Assembly: GCA_041662685.1 (NCBI GenBank)
Contig: JBAZRZ010000003.1
Location: forward strand, 1,372-65,371
Length of the DNA stretch: 64,000 nucleotides
Direction of reading: 5' to 3'
DNA from: Methanoregula sp.
Lineage (GTDB): Archaea; Halobacteriota; Methanomicrobia; Methanomicrobiales; Methanospirillaceae
Of this stretch, positions 20,386 through 30,338 are shown piece by piece. Positions within the stretch are counted from its first letter, which is position 1, and each line of letters starts with the position of its first letter. Position numbers and translations under genes: made by a program. The notes below the pieces were generated by a model. The model was not told where the DNA came from. It did not search any database and saw only the letters and a program-made list of their open reading frames with translations.

Positions 20386-22037
20386 ATGAATGAGGTATCT
20401 GTTCTGATTGGGGGAAAAGCAGGAGATGGTATCAATAGTGCAGGCCTGATAGTGGCACAGTTACTGAACCATCTTAGTTATCGCATCTATCTCTATTTCG
20501 ATTACCCGTCCCTGATCCGGGGCGGGCACAACTTCGCAATCATACGCGGTTTGGAATGGGATGTGGGAGCCTGTCGCAACTCTGTTGATTTGGTACTGGC
20601 CCTCAATGAGGAGACCCTTGAGCGGCACAAAGAAAAATACACGGATAAGACGGTGATCATCGCCAATAAGGATCTCGTAAAGAACAGCGATCATGGTATT
20701 CCGGTAAAGGCTATCCTTGCTGACGAAAATGCCCCCGGTATCATGGGCAACTCAGCACTCATCGGGGGATTTGCCAAAACTGCAGGGATCGTGTGGGAGG
20801 TTGTTGATGCGGTGTTCCGCAGGCATATCCCGAAAGGTGCAGATCAAAATCTTGCCGTGGCAAAAAAAGCATTCGACCTGTTTGATCCTGTTCACATCAT
20901 TAAAAAATGTGAAAACCGGCCGCAGTCCCTGGTCTCGGGAAATGAAGCGATCGGATTGGGATTGGTCCGGGGCGGGCTGGATGCCTATGTATCGTATCCC
21001 ATGACTCCCTCTTCAGGGATTCTCCATTTTCTAGCCGAGCAGAAAGAGCGGTTTGGCATAACTGTTGTGCATCCAGAGAACGAGATTGCGGTGGATCCTG
21101 ATGGCGCTCGGGTTTGCGTATGCCGGAAAAAAGTCTGCAATCGGCACTTCCGGAGGAGGATTCTGCCTGATGACCGAAGGGCTCTCGCTTGCCGGAATGG
21201 CAGAACTTCCTGTGGTGCTCGTTGTTTCCCAGCGAACCGGCCCCTCAACCGGACTCCCTACCTATACCGGGAAAACCGATCTCTTGTTTGTCCTCCATGA
21301 CGGGCACGGGGAGTTTCCCCGGCTGATCGTTGCCCCCGGGGATGCACAGGAAGCCCTGTACTGGTCAGAACGAGCAATGGATATCGCATGGAAATGCCAG
21401 ATCCCGACGTGCATACTTGCCTACAAGACGCTCTCTGAAGGCATATACAGTCTTGATCCTGCCGCAACCGGGAGTCTTTCCGGTGCAGGGCCGCTCCTGT
21501 GGGATAAAACGATCCCCTATCGTCGCTATGAGAATACAGAACCGGGCATCTCCCCCTGGCATTTCCCGGTATGAATGATGCAGTAGTAAAGGTGAACGGG
21601 TACATGCATGATGACGCGGGAATCACGGTAGAAGATGCAGATACCACAAACTGGATGACAAAAAACGCTTAAAAAAAGGGGAGACCTTAACCGATGTAAT
21701 GGATGGCTTCCCCGGTGTGATCCAATCGGGCACACCCTGCGCAGCCACCGCCTTGCTCTGCTGGGGATCGACAAAAGGTGTCTGTGAAGAGGCAGCGGCC
21801 GAACTCGGTCTCCGGGTCGTACGCCCAATAGTTCTCGCTCCGTTCCCGGTCGATCAGATCAAAAAAGCACTTGCTGGTGTGAAACGGCTGATTACTGTCG
21901 AAGAGAATGCAACTGCCCAGCTGGCTGCTCTGGCAGAGCGGCATGGGATTATTACCGATGAGAAGATCCTGCGCTATGATGAACGGCCATTTACCGTTGA
22001 GGCACTGGTCCTGCGGGTACAGGAGGCGGGTATCTGA
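20386..22037 (+). pseudogene. 2-oxoacid:ferredoxin oxidoreductase gamma-alpha fusion subunit, multiply frameshifted
   Basis: Gamma domain (GGKAGDGINSAG) followed by alpha domain. The protein is spread over at least 4 frame segments, with shifts near 21095, 21570 and the A6 run at 21660-21665. Each segment continues the expected homology (ENEIAV / MALGFAYAG...; ...WHFP / GMNDAVVKVNGYMHDDAG; ...KRLKKGETL...). Confidence 0.75.
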
Positions 22038-22960
22038 TGACACGGACACTCATCACCGAAGCCAAGAACACGTGGTGTCCCGGGTGCGGGAATTTCACTC
22101 TCCAGCACACGTTAAAAAATCTGTTATCCGACCGGGAGAAGGAAGGAAAATCTCTCGATGATGTGGTCCTTGTCTCAGGTATAGGCTGTCATGCAAAGAT
22201 CGCCGATTACCTTAATATCAACAGTTTCTACTCGCTTCACGGGAGAGCGATCCCGGCAGCTACGGGTATAAAACTCGCAACCCCGGCCCTCACGGTGATC
22301 TGTTGCGTGGGAGACGGGGATGCGTATGCCGAGGGACTCGACCACCTGATATTTGCAGCAAAACGCAATATCGATATCACCGTGATTGTTCACAACAACC
22401 GCGTGTATGGGCTCACCACCGGGCAGTATACTCCTACATCCACCATGGGATTTAAGGGAAAATCGACCCCTTCAGGTACAGCGGAATATCCCGTCAATCC
22501 GGTTGAACTCATGCTCGCGAGCGGCGCGAGTTTCATTGCCCGGGGATATACCCGGAAGATGGACCCGCTAAAGGGACTGATACGTGCAGGTATTGCCCAT
22601 AAGGGTTTTTCATTCATTGATGTGCTCCAGATCTGTGCCACGTTCTTCCCTGCAACCGACTACTATGATTCCCATGTGTATGATCTGCCTGTTGGAGACA
22701 CTCTGGATTTTGAAGTTGCGTGTGCACGAGCCCGTGAATGGGACTACAACAGCGATGCCCGGATCGCGCTGGGTATCTTTTATGAGCGTGCCCTTCCGAC
22801 ATTTGACGAGCGGATGATCACTCACCCCTTGGAAAAGAAGCGCGCGAGCGTGCCATACGCGAACTCCTTGATTCCCGGACATGACCCGCATTCCGGGACA
22901 CCTGTCATGAGTAATCTGCTGTCGGATGATGTGATGAAAAAGGAATATACCTGTGAATAG
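22037..22960 (+). CDS. 2-oxoacid:ferredoxin oxidoreductase beta (TPP-binding) subunit
   Basis: Contains WCPGCGNF, GIGCH and GDGDAYAEG (TPP motif). There is a 1-nt ATG/TGA overlap with the alpha gene. Confidence 0.9.
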   Translation: MTRTLITEAKNTWCPGCGNFTLQHTLKNLLSDREKEGKSLDDVVLVSGIGCHAKIADYLNINSFYSLHGRAIPAATGIKLATPALTVICCVGDGDAYAEGLDHLIFAAKRNIDITVIVHNNRVYGLTTGQYTPTSTMGFKGKSTPSGTAEYPVNPVELMLASGASFIARGYTRKMDPLKGLIRAGIAHKGFSFIDVLQICATFFPATDYYDSHVYDLPVGDTLDFEVACARAREWDYNSDARIALGIFYERALPTFDERMITHPLEKKRASVPYANSLIPGHDPHSGTPVMSNLLSDDVMKKEYTCE

Positions 22961-22991
22961 TGAGCCAACTGTGTACAGGGTGCAAAAACAA

Positions 22992-23824
22992 ATGAACAAG
23001 GAGCAATCAGCCGTACCCGTTATGATCAGACCCTCTGATAACCCGGCCTCGCGTTTCGGTCTGTTCCGCCTGCTGGTCATACCCTTTGCCATCTATTCTA
23101 TCTGGATGATCGTGACCGCTCTGTTTGAAGGAGATTCCCAACTCTTCTGGCATGCTGATCCCCGGGGCATTATTGTTTACACGGTTTTTGCGTGCATTAT
23201 TACCGGAATGATTGTTCCTGTTTACTGTATCCGGGAATCGTTTGTCACCGGCGCGGTGAATATGTTCCAGATTGGGTTTATGCCCGTGCGTCGGACATTT
23301 TATGTGTGCGCCCTGACGACTATTTTCGGTTACATGGTTATGGAGTTTTTCTCACCGTTTGGGAGAGACACGTTCACCTTTGCATATACTTTCCTGCTTC
23401 TGCTGCCTACAGCGATCGCATCGGTGATGGTCTGCTGGGTGCTTCTGGGGACTCATGTACAGGCATTTGTGCGGGGGGGTGGGCCGGCAATCTCCATTGC
23501 CGCCGGCAGTCTGGTCACTGCATGGCTCTTCTGTATCACCTCCTTTGCACACAGCCCGCCCGTTCACCCGCAACCCGCGCTGGTGGGTTTCTGGTGCTCG
23601 GGCTTGCAGCAGCGGTCTTTTTCTTTGCAGTCTGGGATGTCTATGCGGCCAGTATCTTTGTTGCGTTCGGGCTGACTTTTGTCATGGCTGACCGTATCGG
23701 GGTATCAGGTACACAGGCAGCAATACCCGCAGTCTATGGTTCCGCATTCCTTGCAGTCATCACCCTCCTCGGGATACACCGGGATTTTTCCCGGAATTTC
23801 AGAACCGTTAAGGTGCCGGGATAA
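22992..23824 (+). pseudogene. polytopic membrane protein of unknown function, frameshifted
   Basis: Two overlapping hydrophobic ORFs (22953-23675 and 23192-23824). Hydrophobic helix periodicity switches frame near 23555-23575. Confidence 0.4.
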
Positions 23825-23890
23825 TACTGTGCCGTTCAGCCGGATTATGGATAAAAAATATTATACGCATATGCACCGAATGTTACCCGT

Positions 23891-24892
23891 ATGGAGAGAG
23901 GAATCAGGAACGGACTTATAATCTGCACTATTCTCGTTTTTGTGATATTGATTGCCGGTTGTTCAGATCAGTCATCTGCTGGTTCGACTACACCGGTACC
24001 CACGACCGCATTGCCAGATGCAAAGTTTGCAGCAGGAGACATCATTGCCAAATCTGCTTCATCAACGGATAAGGCGTTATATGTCGTTACCCAGTACGAT
24101 GCGAAGAAAGATATGTACACCCGTGCCTGGATCTACAAAAATGTCGACGGGTCATGGGGACACTTCAATGACAATAAAACGGAAACCGTTGAAAGAACCC
24201 TTATCGAGAAAGTCTATCCGGTGAAAATCGCCCGGGTGACCGTCTCATCTGTAAAGATTGTCACCCCCACCATCCCCCCAACAGTTGTCACAACCCTTTA
24301 CGGCAGTGCTCCCACGGTGACGGCTATATCTCCTGCGAGCGGCACCAAGAATGCAATTGTTGGCGTAACTATCACTGGTACAAATTTCGAGAGCGGTGCA
24401 ATGGTACAGTTAACGCGGGCCGGGTACGCATCAATTGCGGCAACCGGTGTATCCGTCTCTTCTGCGACTTCAATTGGCTGTACCTTCAATCTCAATGGCG
24501 GGGACGAGGGCAACTACAATGTCGTGGTTACCAATGCCGGCGGGCAGTCTGATTCCAAAACGGGTGCGTTCTCAATTGGTCAGGCACCTCCCATTATCAC
24601 GAGTGTTTCTCCCAATACCGCTGAAGTGGGAGATACCCAGATTCCAATAACCATCAATGGCCAGAATTTCAAGGATGGGGTGAAAGTAACCTTTGTTCAG
24701 GGAACAAACACCCCTCTTGACTGTGTGACTCCCACGTCTTTTGCTACCACAACGATTACCTGCGTTCTTGATCTCAAGACATCCAACGGTGGCAAATCCG
24801 GTATCTGGGATGTGAAAGTGCTGAATCTCGGGGACACGCAGACAGGTACATTGTTCGGGAAATTTACGGTTACCAATTCAACCAGTACCTGA
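23891..24892 (+). CDS. secreted/lipid-anchored protein with two IPT/TIG-like Ig-fold repeats
   Basis: Signal peptide with a lipobox-like LIAGC. Two repeats of the type P.I..ISP..G......V.I.G.NF..G..V. Confidence 0.65.
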   Translation: MERGIRNGLIICTILVFVILIAGCSDQSSAGSTTPVPTTALPDAKFAAGDIIAKSASSTDKALYVVTQYDAKKDMYTRAWIYKNVDGSWGHFNDNKTETVERTLIEKVYPVKIARVTVSSVKIVTPTIPPTVVTTLYGSAPTVTAISPASGTKNAIVGVTITGTNFESGAMVQLTRAGYASIAATGVSVSSATSIGCTFNLNGGDEGNYNVVVTNAGGQSDSKTGAFSIGQAPPIITSVSPNTAEVGDTQIPITINGQNFKDGVKVTFVQGTNTPLDCVTPTSFATTTITCVLDLKTSNGGKSGIWDVKVLNLGDTQTGTLFGKFTVTNSTST

Positions 24893-25050
24893 TCTCAAAT
24901 TTTCATTTTTTTGTATTCTCCGGCCTTTTGAAATGCAAGAAATCATCTCCATACTTCCTGATTTCTGATCTGATTCATTGCACTACTACGGTTTTTCCTC
25001 CGCTCCACCACAAACTATTAACACCCCCGATCGGTAAAAAATAGATAATC

Positions 25051-25650
25051 ATGGTCGAAGCCTTCCTCACATCCCCCCTATTTGGCCTTGTGGTGCTGCC
25101 GTTCATGATCTTCTGCGCCCGCGTCTGCGACATGAGCCTCGATACGATCCGTGTCATATTCATGTCGAAAGGGATCAAGTACCTCCCGGCCATCATCGGT
25201 TTTTTCGAAGTGATCATCTGGCTTGTTGCCATAGGTCAGGTAATGAATAACCTGACAAATGTAGTCTGCTACATTGCTTATGGGGCCGGGTTTGCCACCG
25301 GGACCATTGTCGGTATGGCGATCGAGGAGAAACTCTCCCTTGGCCTGACCAGTGTCCGCATCATTATCAAAGAAGATCCGTCAGACCTGATGCAGTACCT
25401 CAGGATGCATGATTATGGGGTTACGAGTATTGATGGGGAAGGGGCGACCGGGAAGGTGAAAATGGTCTTTACCATCATCAAACGGCAGGATCTTCCCCAT
25501 GTAATTAGTATAATCACGCAGTATAACCCCGCCGCATTTTATTTCATAGAAGAGGTAAAATCCGTTGCAGAAGGGGTGTTTCCTGAGCGGAGAGCACGGG
25601 AAGTATTTTCCTGGCTGGATTCCCTCCATTTTTACCGGCAGGGAAAATGA
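25051..25650 (+). CDS. UPF0316 / DUF2179-family membrane protein
   Basis: Three N-terminal TM helices plus a C-terminal soluble domain (HDYGVTSIDGEGATGKVKMVFTIIKR). Confidence 0.7.
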   Translation: MVEAFLTSPLFGLVVLPFMIFCARVCDMSLDTIRVIFMSKGIKYLPAIIGFFEVIIWLVAIGQVMNNLTNVVCYIAYGAGFATGTIVGMAIEEKLSLGLTSVRIIIKEDPSDLMQYLRMHDYGVTSIDGEGATGKVKMVFTIIKRQDLPHVISIITQYNPAAFYFIEEVKSVAEGVFPERRAREVFSWLDSLHFYRQGK

Positions 25651-25981
25651 TCCTCTGCATATGTATATGAATAAATTGCAAACGAAATCCGGTCGTACAG
25701 TCATTTTTTGTCCACAGTCCTGGCATGGATACTCTTGTTTTCCTTTTCTCACTCTGGTGCATACCGGTACTGTAACTGGATTTTTAAATCCCTGCTGAAT
25801 AGTCAGGATTCTCTTTGTCATTGTTATGGGAATGATCTCTCTTCACATGTTTGTTTAAGGGTTGTTTGATGGCCGGTTTTTCATCTGCCTTTGTCTCCCT
25901 GTTGCTGATAAAAACTAAAATCTTCACCATGTGTTGTCTATTTTCCATCCAATAATCATTTAATTCCCCATTCCCTAAACT

Positions 25982-26487
25982 ATGTCAAGGAAGCTTATGA
26001 CGGTCATAAAGACAATAAAAAAAGTCATATGTCTCGTGCTTGCCATCGGCATCTGCCTGCTCGCAGGGTATATCGGTTCCATGTATTCTACCCCCTCCAT
26101 TCCAACATGGTATGCAGGTCTCCAAAAACCTGACCTGACACCCCATCATGGGTCTTTGCACCTGTGTGGACTGCTCTTTACCTTCTCATGGGAATCTCGC
26201 TCTACCTGATCCTGCAGGCGGGTATCTCCAAAGAGGAGGTTTTTGTCGGGCTTCTCCTCTTTATACTCCAGTTGGGGCTGAATGTCGGGTGGTCGTTTCT
26301 CTTCTTCGGCCTGCATACACCATTTTTTGCATTTATGTGCATTATCGCTCTCTGGGCTTTCCTGTTATGTACGATCATCCAGGTTTTCCGGTTCTCGATA
26401 ATCGGTGCAGCCTTGCTCATCCCGTACCTGCTCTGGATCAGTTTTGCTGCATATCTCAATTATGCGATCATGGTGCTGAATCCATAG
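25982..26487 (+). pseudogene. tspO: TspO/MBR tryptophan-rich sensory protein, frameshifted
   Basis: WYAGLQKPDLTP is followed, in another frame, by SWVFAPVWTALYLLMGISLYL...LNVGWSFLFF. Adding one C to the C4 run at 26141-26144 restores the consensus PPSWVFAPVW. Confidence 0.8.
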
Positions 26488-26594
26488 CACCGCACCTGTA
26501 CGGAAACGGGAAATTAAAAATCCCATTTTCAGTACCGGCTGATAACCAATACCTTCTTTTTCTTGCAGGGTGACGAGAAGATAACGGAGTTTTC

Positions 26595-27860
26595 ATGCCC
26601 ATACAGCAGATCCATGTGGAAAATTTCAAGAGTTTTTCAGAACTCGATATAGAGTTGTCCCGCTTCAATGTGGTAATTGGGTCGAATGCGGCGGGGAAAT
26701 CCAATTTTATCAGTATTTTTAAGTTCCTGCGGGACATTGCACGCCACGGTCTTGCAAATGCGATCGCGATGCAGGGAGGATCAGAGTATATCCGTAATGC
26801 ACGGATCGGGCATGCCCGGAATCTTGTGGTACGGGTTTCCTATACCCCGGATCAGAAGCTGGATCTTATCGATCATAAGACCGGTGAGACTGCACTTCTT
26901 GGGCTCCAATCGTGTGAATCCTCCTATGAATTTGCCATCCGGTTCGATGAGGAGGGTGACGGATTTACAATAATACAGGACCGGCTCGTGATTGGATGCG
27001 AGATATCGTCATGCGAACGAAAGGCAACGAGTGTCCAAGAAAACCGCACTCTTGGACGTGGGGAGATACAGGTGACCAATGAAGAGGGCTATGTGAAGTT
27101 TGCCGTAAATCTCCCTGAGGGATGCACCTTGTCTGAAAATGATATAATTCCGGTCTTTTTCCGCGGGGTACATCTCCCAAAACATGCTCTTCTCCTGGAG
27201 AGTTCGTACGCCTATCCGCTCCCGCACGTAGAGAAATTCTTTGACCGGATCGCGGTGTACGATATCGATCCAAAACTCCCGAAACGAGGGGCAGTACTCA
27301 CCGGAAAACGGGATCTTGAGGAGGATGCCAGCAATCTTGCCGTGGTGGTAAAAACCATTATTGATGATCCTGAGAAGAAACGGAAATTCTCAAACCTGCT
27401 CCGGGACATTATGCCTTTTGTAGAGGATTTCTCCGTGAAAAAGTTCATGGATGTCTCTCTTATTCTCACGCTCCGCGAACGATATGCCAAAAGCTACGAT
27501 CTACCTGCATCCTCTCTCTCTGATGGTACTATCGCCATATTTGCCCTGATCGTCGCCCTCTATTTTGAGGACAAACCATTCATTGTCATTGAAGAACCGG
27601 TAAGCCATATCCACCCGTTCTTAATCGCCCGTGTCATGGCGATGATGAAGGAGTCATCAGAAAAAAAGCAGTTGATGATCACCACCCACAGCACCGAGGT
27701 AGTCAAACATGTCCGTATCGAAGATATCCTGCTCATCTCGAGAGACAGCGATGGTTTCTCGATAATCTCGCGCCCTGCGGATAAAGAAGAGGTCAGGACA
27801 TTTCTTGAAAACGAGATCGGGATTGAAGAGCTCTATGTCCAGAACCTGCTGGGATTATGA
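26595..27860 (+). CDS. ABC/SMC-type AAA ATPase (AAA_15/21-like, OLD-family ATPase module)
   Basis: N-terminal IENFKSF-type start, Walker A GSNAAGKSN, signature-like LSDGT, Walker B FIVIEEPVSHIHP and TTHS. Confidence 0.85.
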   Translation: MPIQQIHVENFKSFSELDIELSRFNVVIGSNAAGKSNFISIFKFLRDIARHGLANAIAMQGGSEYIRNARIGHARNLVVRVSYTPDQKLDLIDHKTGETALLGLQSCESSYEFAIRFDEEGDGFTIIQDRLVIGCEISSCERKATSVQENRTLGRGEIQVTNEEGYVKFAVNLPEGCTLSENDIIPVFFRGVHLPKHALLLESSYAYPLPHVEKFFDRIAVYDIDPKLPKRGAVLTGKRDLEEDASNLAVVVKTIIDDPEKKRKFSNLLRDIMPFVEDFSVKKFMDVSLILTLRERYAKSYDLPASSLSDGTIAIFALIVALYFEDKPFIVIEEPVSHIHPFLIARVMAMMKESSEKKQLMITTHSTEVVKHVRIEDILLISRDSDGFSIISRPADKEEVRTFLENEIGIEELYVQNLLGL

Positions 27861-28420
27861 GCATGAAAAAGCGGCTTTTTATCCTGGTCGAAGGGGAAGA
27901 TGATGTCAGGTTCTTTGGCCGCATCATAAAACCCCTGTTCGTTTCCCGGTATGATTCGATCGAGATCATCCCATATGCCAGTATCAAGCGGGTGAAGGTG
28001 AACAATTTTTTAAAAAGTGTCCGGCAGATGAACAATGATTACATCTTTGTTGCAGATATCGATACCGAACGTTCAGTCCGGGATAAAAAGCAGATCCTGT
28101 TCTTCCATTTCAATAACCTCTCCGGCCACAGCATTGTTATCGTCATCAGGGAGATCGAGAGCTGGTATTATGCCGGATTGTCTACTATTTCTGCCCGTGA
28201 TCTTGGCGTTGAAGAACGTCTGGCAACAGATGATCTGTTTAAGGAAGAATTCAATGAGCTCATGCCCCGGCACTTCGATTCACGGATCGATTTTATGTTT
28301 GAGATCCTCAAATCCTTCTCGCTGGAAACAGCCGTTTTGAAAAACCGTTCGTTTAAGTTCTTTGTTGAGCGGTACCATCTTGCTGAATGGATTCCTGAAA
28401 TACTTCCCCATGATGCATGA
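27857..28420 (+). CDS. small TOPRIM-domain protein (DUF4276/DUF4435/OLD-nuclease-like)
   Basis: 187 aa with LFILVEGEDDVRFF (TOPRIM Glu), FVADIDTE (DxD) and REIESWYYAG. It has an ATGA overlap with the ATPase gene. Confidence 0.7.
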   Translation: MSMKKRLFILVEGEDDVRFFGRIIKPLFVSRYDSIEIIPYASIKRVKVNNFLKSVRQMNNDYIFVADIDTERSVRDKKQILFFHFNNLSGHSIVIVIREIESWYYAGLSTISARDLGVEERLATDDLFKEEFNELMPRHFDSRIDFMFEILKSFSLETAVLKNRSFKFFVERYHLAEWIPEILPHDA

Positions 28421-28511
28421 ACCCGGGTATGATTGATGTGCATTATCGAAATGATTATTTCAAATCTTCACCCCACTTACGTAACAACTAAAACCTTCGG
28501 AGGTTTTTATT

Positions 28512-28679
28512 GTGACGGAAAAATACCAGTGTGCCCTCTGCGGGCATGAACACAACCCTGAAAAGGGAGAACCGCTACAGAACATCCCCCCGGGTAAGGA
28601 ATTTATATCCCTTCCGGAAGACTGGGTATGTCCGGTCTGTGGGGCCGCAAAAAGATTCTTTAACCGGAGTTGTAATTGA
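28512..28679 (+). CDS. rub: rubredoxin
   Basis: 55 aa with a GTG start; not in the ORF track. [18 protein letters not shown]...[26 protein letters not shown] has two CxxCG knuckles. Confidence 0.9.
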   Translation: [55 protein letters not shown]

Positions 28680-28684
28680 TTGCT

Positions 28685-29869
28685 ATGGTTTCACGGGAAA
28701 TTACCACGGGAATTTTTTGGGTCGGTGCGCTTGATTTTGACCGTCGTCTCTTCGATGCCCTGATCCCGCTCCCGAATGGTACGAGCTACAATGCTTACCT
28801 GATCAAGGGAAGCGAAAAGACCGCACTTATCGATACGGTTGACCCTGCAAAGGAGTTTGAGCTGGTATCGAACCTGCTCAAGCTCGGCGTTGAGAGCATA
28901 GATTATGTGGTTGTCAATCATGCGGAGCAGGATCATTCCGGTTCTTTGCCAATGATCCTCGAATTCTACCCCAATGCAATGGTAGTGACCAATGAGAAGT
29001 GCAAAGAATTACTCGTTGCCCTGCTCCAGCTCCCGGACAACCGGTTCAAGATTATCAAGGACAAAGAGACCCTGTCACTGGGTGACCGGACGCTTGAATT
29101 CCATCTGACCCCGTGGACACACTGGCCCGAGACGCAGGTAACGTACCTTAAGGAAGACCAGATCCTCTTCTCCTGCGATCTCTTCGGGTTTCACATGGCC
29201 TCTTCTGACCTGTATGTGGCTGATGATGCTGAATGCTACCTGTCGGCAAAACGATATTATGCCGAGATTATGATGCCATTTCGAACCAGTATCCGGGGGC
29301 ACCTGGCGATAATAAAAGAACTCCCGCTCGAAATGATCGCACCCAGCCACGGTCCCATTCACAAAAACCCGCAGTTCATTCTCGATGCCTATGCCGACTG
29401 GACTTCTGATGCGGTGAAAAACGAAGTCGTGATCCCCTACATCTCGATGCATGGGAGCACAGAGAAGATGGTAGAGCACCTCACCAATGCCCTGATTGCC
29501 CGCAATATTACGGTAAAACCATTCAACCTGAATGTGACAGATATCGGGGATCTTGCTCTTGCACTGGTGGATACGGCAACCGTTGTTGTAGGGACTCCTA
29601 CCGTGCTCTTTGGACCCCATCCCCAAGTGGTGTATGCCACGTACTTAACCAACCTGCTCAAACCCAAAGTCCGGTTTGCCTCCGTGATCGGATCGTACGG
29701 ATGGGGTGGCAAAACCGTAGAAACGATCGTAAAGATGCTGGACCATGTCAAGGTAGAAGTCCTTGAGCCGGTTATAGTGAAAGGGCAGCCGGATGAAGCA
29801 AAATTAAAACAGCTCGACCGGCTTGCAGACGATATATTAAAGAAGCACCGCGAGATCAACATTGTGTAA
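28685..29869 (+). CDS. fprA: flavodiiron protein (FprA, F420H2 oxidase type)
   Basis: MBL-like diiron domain (NHAEQDHSGS) plus a C-terminal flavodoxin-like domain (YISMHGSTEKM). Confidence 0.9.
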   Translation: MVSREITTGIFWVGALDFDRRLFDALIPLPNGTSYNAYLIKGSEKTALIDTVDPAKEFELVSNLLKLGVESIDYVVVNHAEQDHSGSLPMILEFYPNAMVVTNEKCKELLVALLQLPDNRFKIIKDKETLSLGDRTLEFHLTPWTHWPETQVTYLKEDQILFSCDLFGFHMASSDLYVADDAECYLSAKRYYAEIMMPFRTSIRGHLAIIKELPLEMIAPSHGPIHKNPQFILDAYADWTSDAVKNEVVIPYISMHGSTEKMVEHLTNALIARNITVKPFNLNVTDIGDLALALVDTATVVVGTPTVLFGPHPQVVYATYLTNLLKPKVRFASVIGSYGWGGKTVETIVKMLDHVKVEVLEPVIVKGQPDEAKLKQLDRLADDILKKHREINIV

Positions 29870-29886
29870 GGATGGAGAGTAAAATT

Positions 29887-30267
29887 ATGACGAAACTGTT
29901 TGAAGTGTACAAATGCGAAGTCTGCGGAAACACTACCAAGGTTATGCGTGCCTCGAGCGGGACGATGGTCTGCTGTGGGCAGCCAATGACCCTGCAGCCC
30001 GAAAAGACAGCCGATGCAGGTAAAGAAAAGCATGTCCCGGTTGTGGAAAAGTCGGGAGCGGGGATTGTCGTGAAAGTGGGGTCGATTCCGCACCCCATGG
30101 ACGAAAAGCACTATATCGAGTGGGTGGAAGTGCGGACCGGGGAGAATGTCTATGTCCGTGGATTCAAGCCCGGTGAGAAAGCCGAAGCAGAATTCTGCAC
30201 TCCTGACGCCAGCGCCAAGGTTCGCGCATACTGCAATGTACATGGGCTCTGGACGAACACACCCTGA
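29887..30267 (+). CDS. dfx: desulfoferrodoxin (2Fe superoxide reductase)
   Basis: N-terminal desulforedoxin CxxC...CC (YKCEVCGN...MVCCGQPM). SOR centre: KHVPV, HPM and C..HGLW. Confidence 0.9.
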   Translation: MTKLFEVYKCEVCGNTTKVMRASSGTMVCCGQPMTLQPEKTADAGKEKHVPVVEKSGAGIVVKVGSIPHPMDEKHYIEWVEVRTGENVYVRGFKPGEKAEAEFCTPDASAKVRAYCNVHGLWTNTP

Positions 30268-30338
30268 TCACCCCTTTTTCGTTTCTTCCGGTGACGAGAG
30301 GCAAACACTAATAGAGCCTCAGTGGCAATTCTTTAGCG

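Noticed and set aside
29437-30243. 268-aa minus-strand ORF spanning the fprA/dfx junction
   Set aside because: It is antisense to two motif-supported genes and is compositionally non-protein-like.
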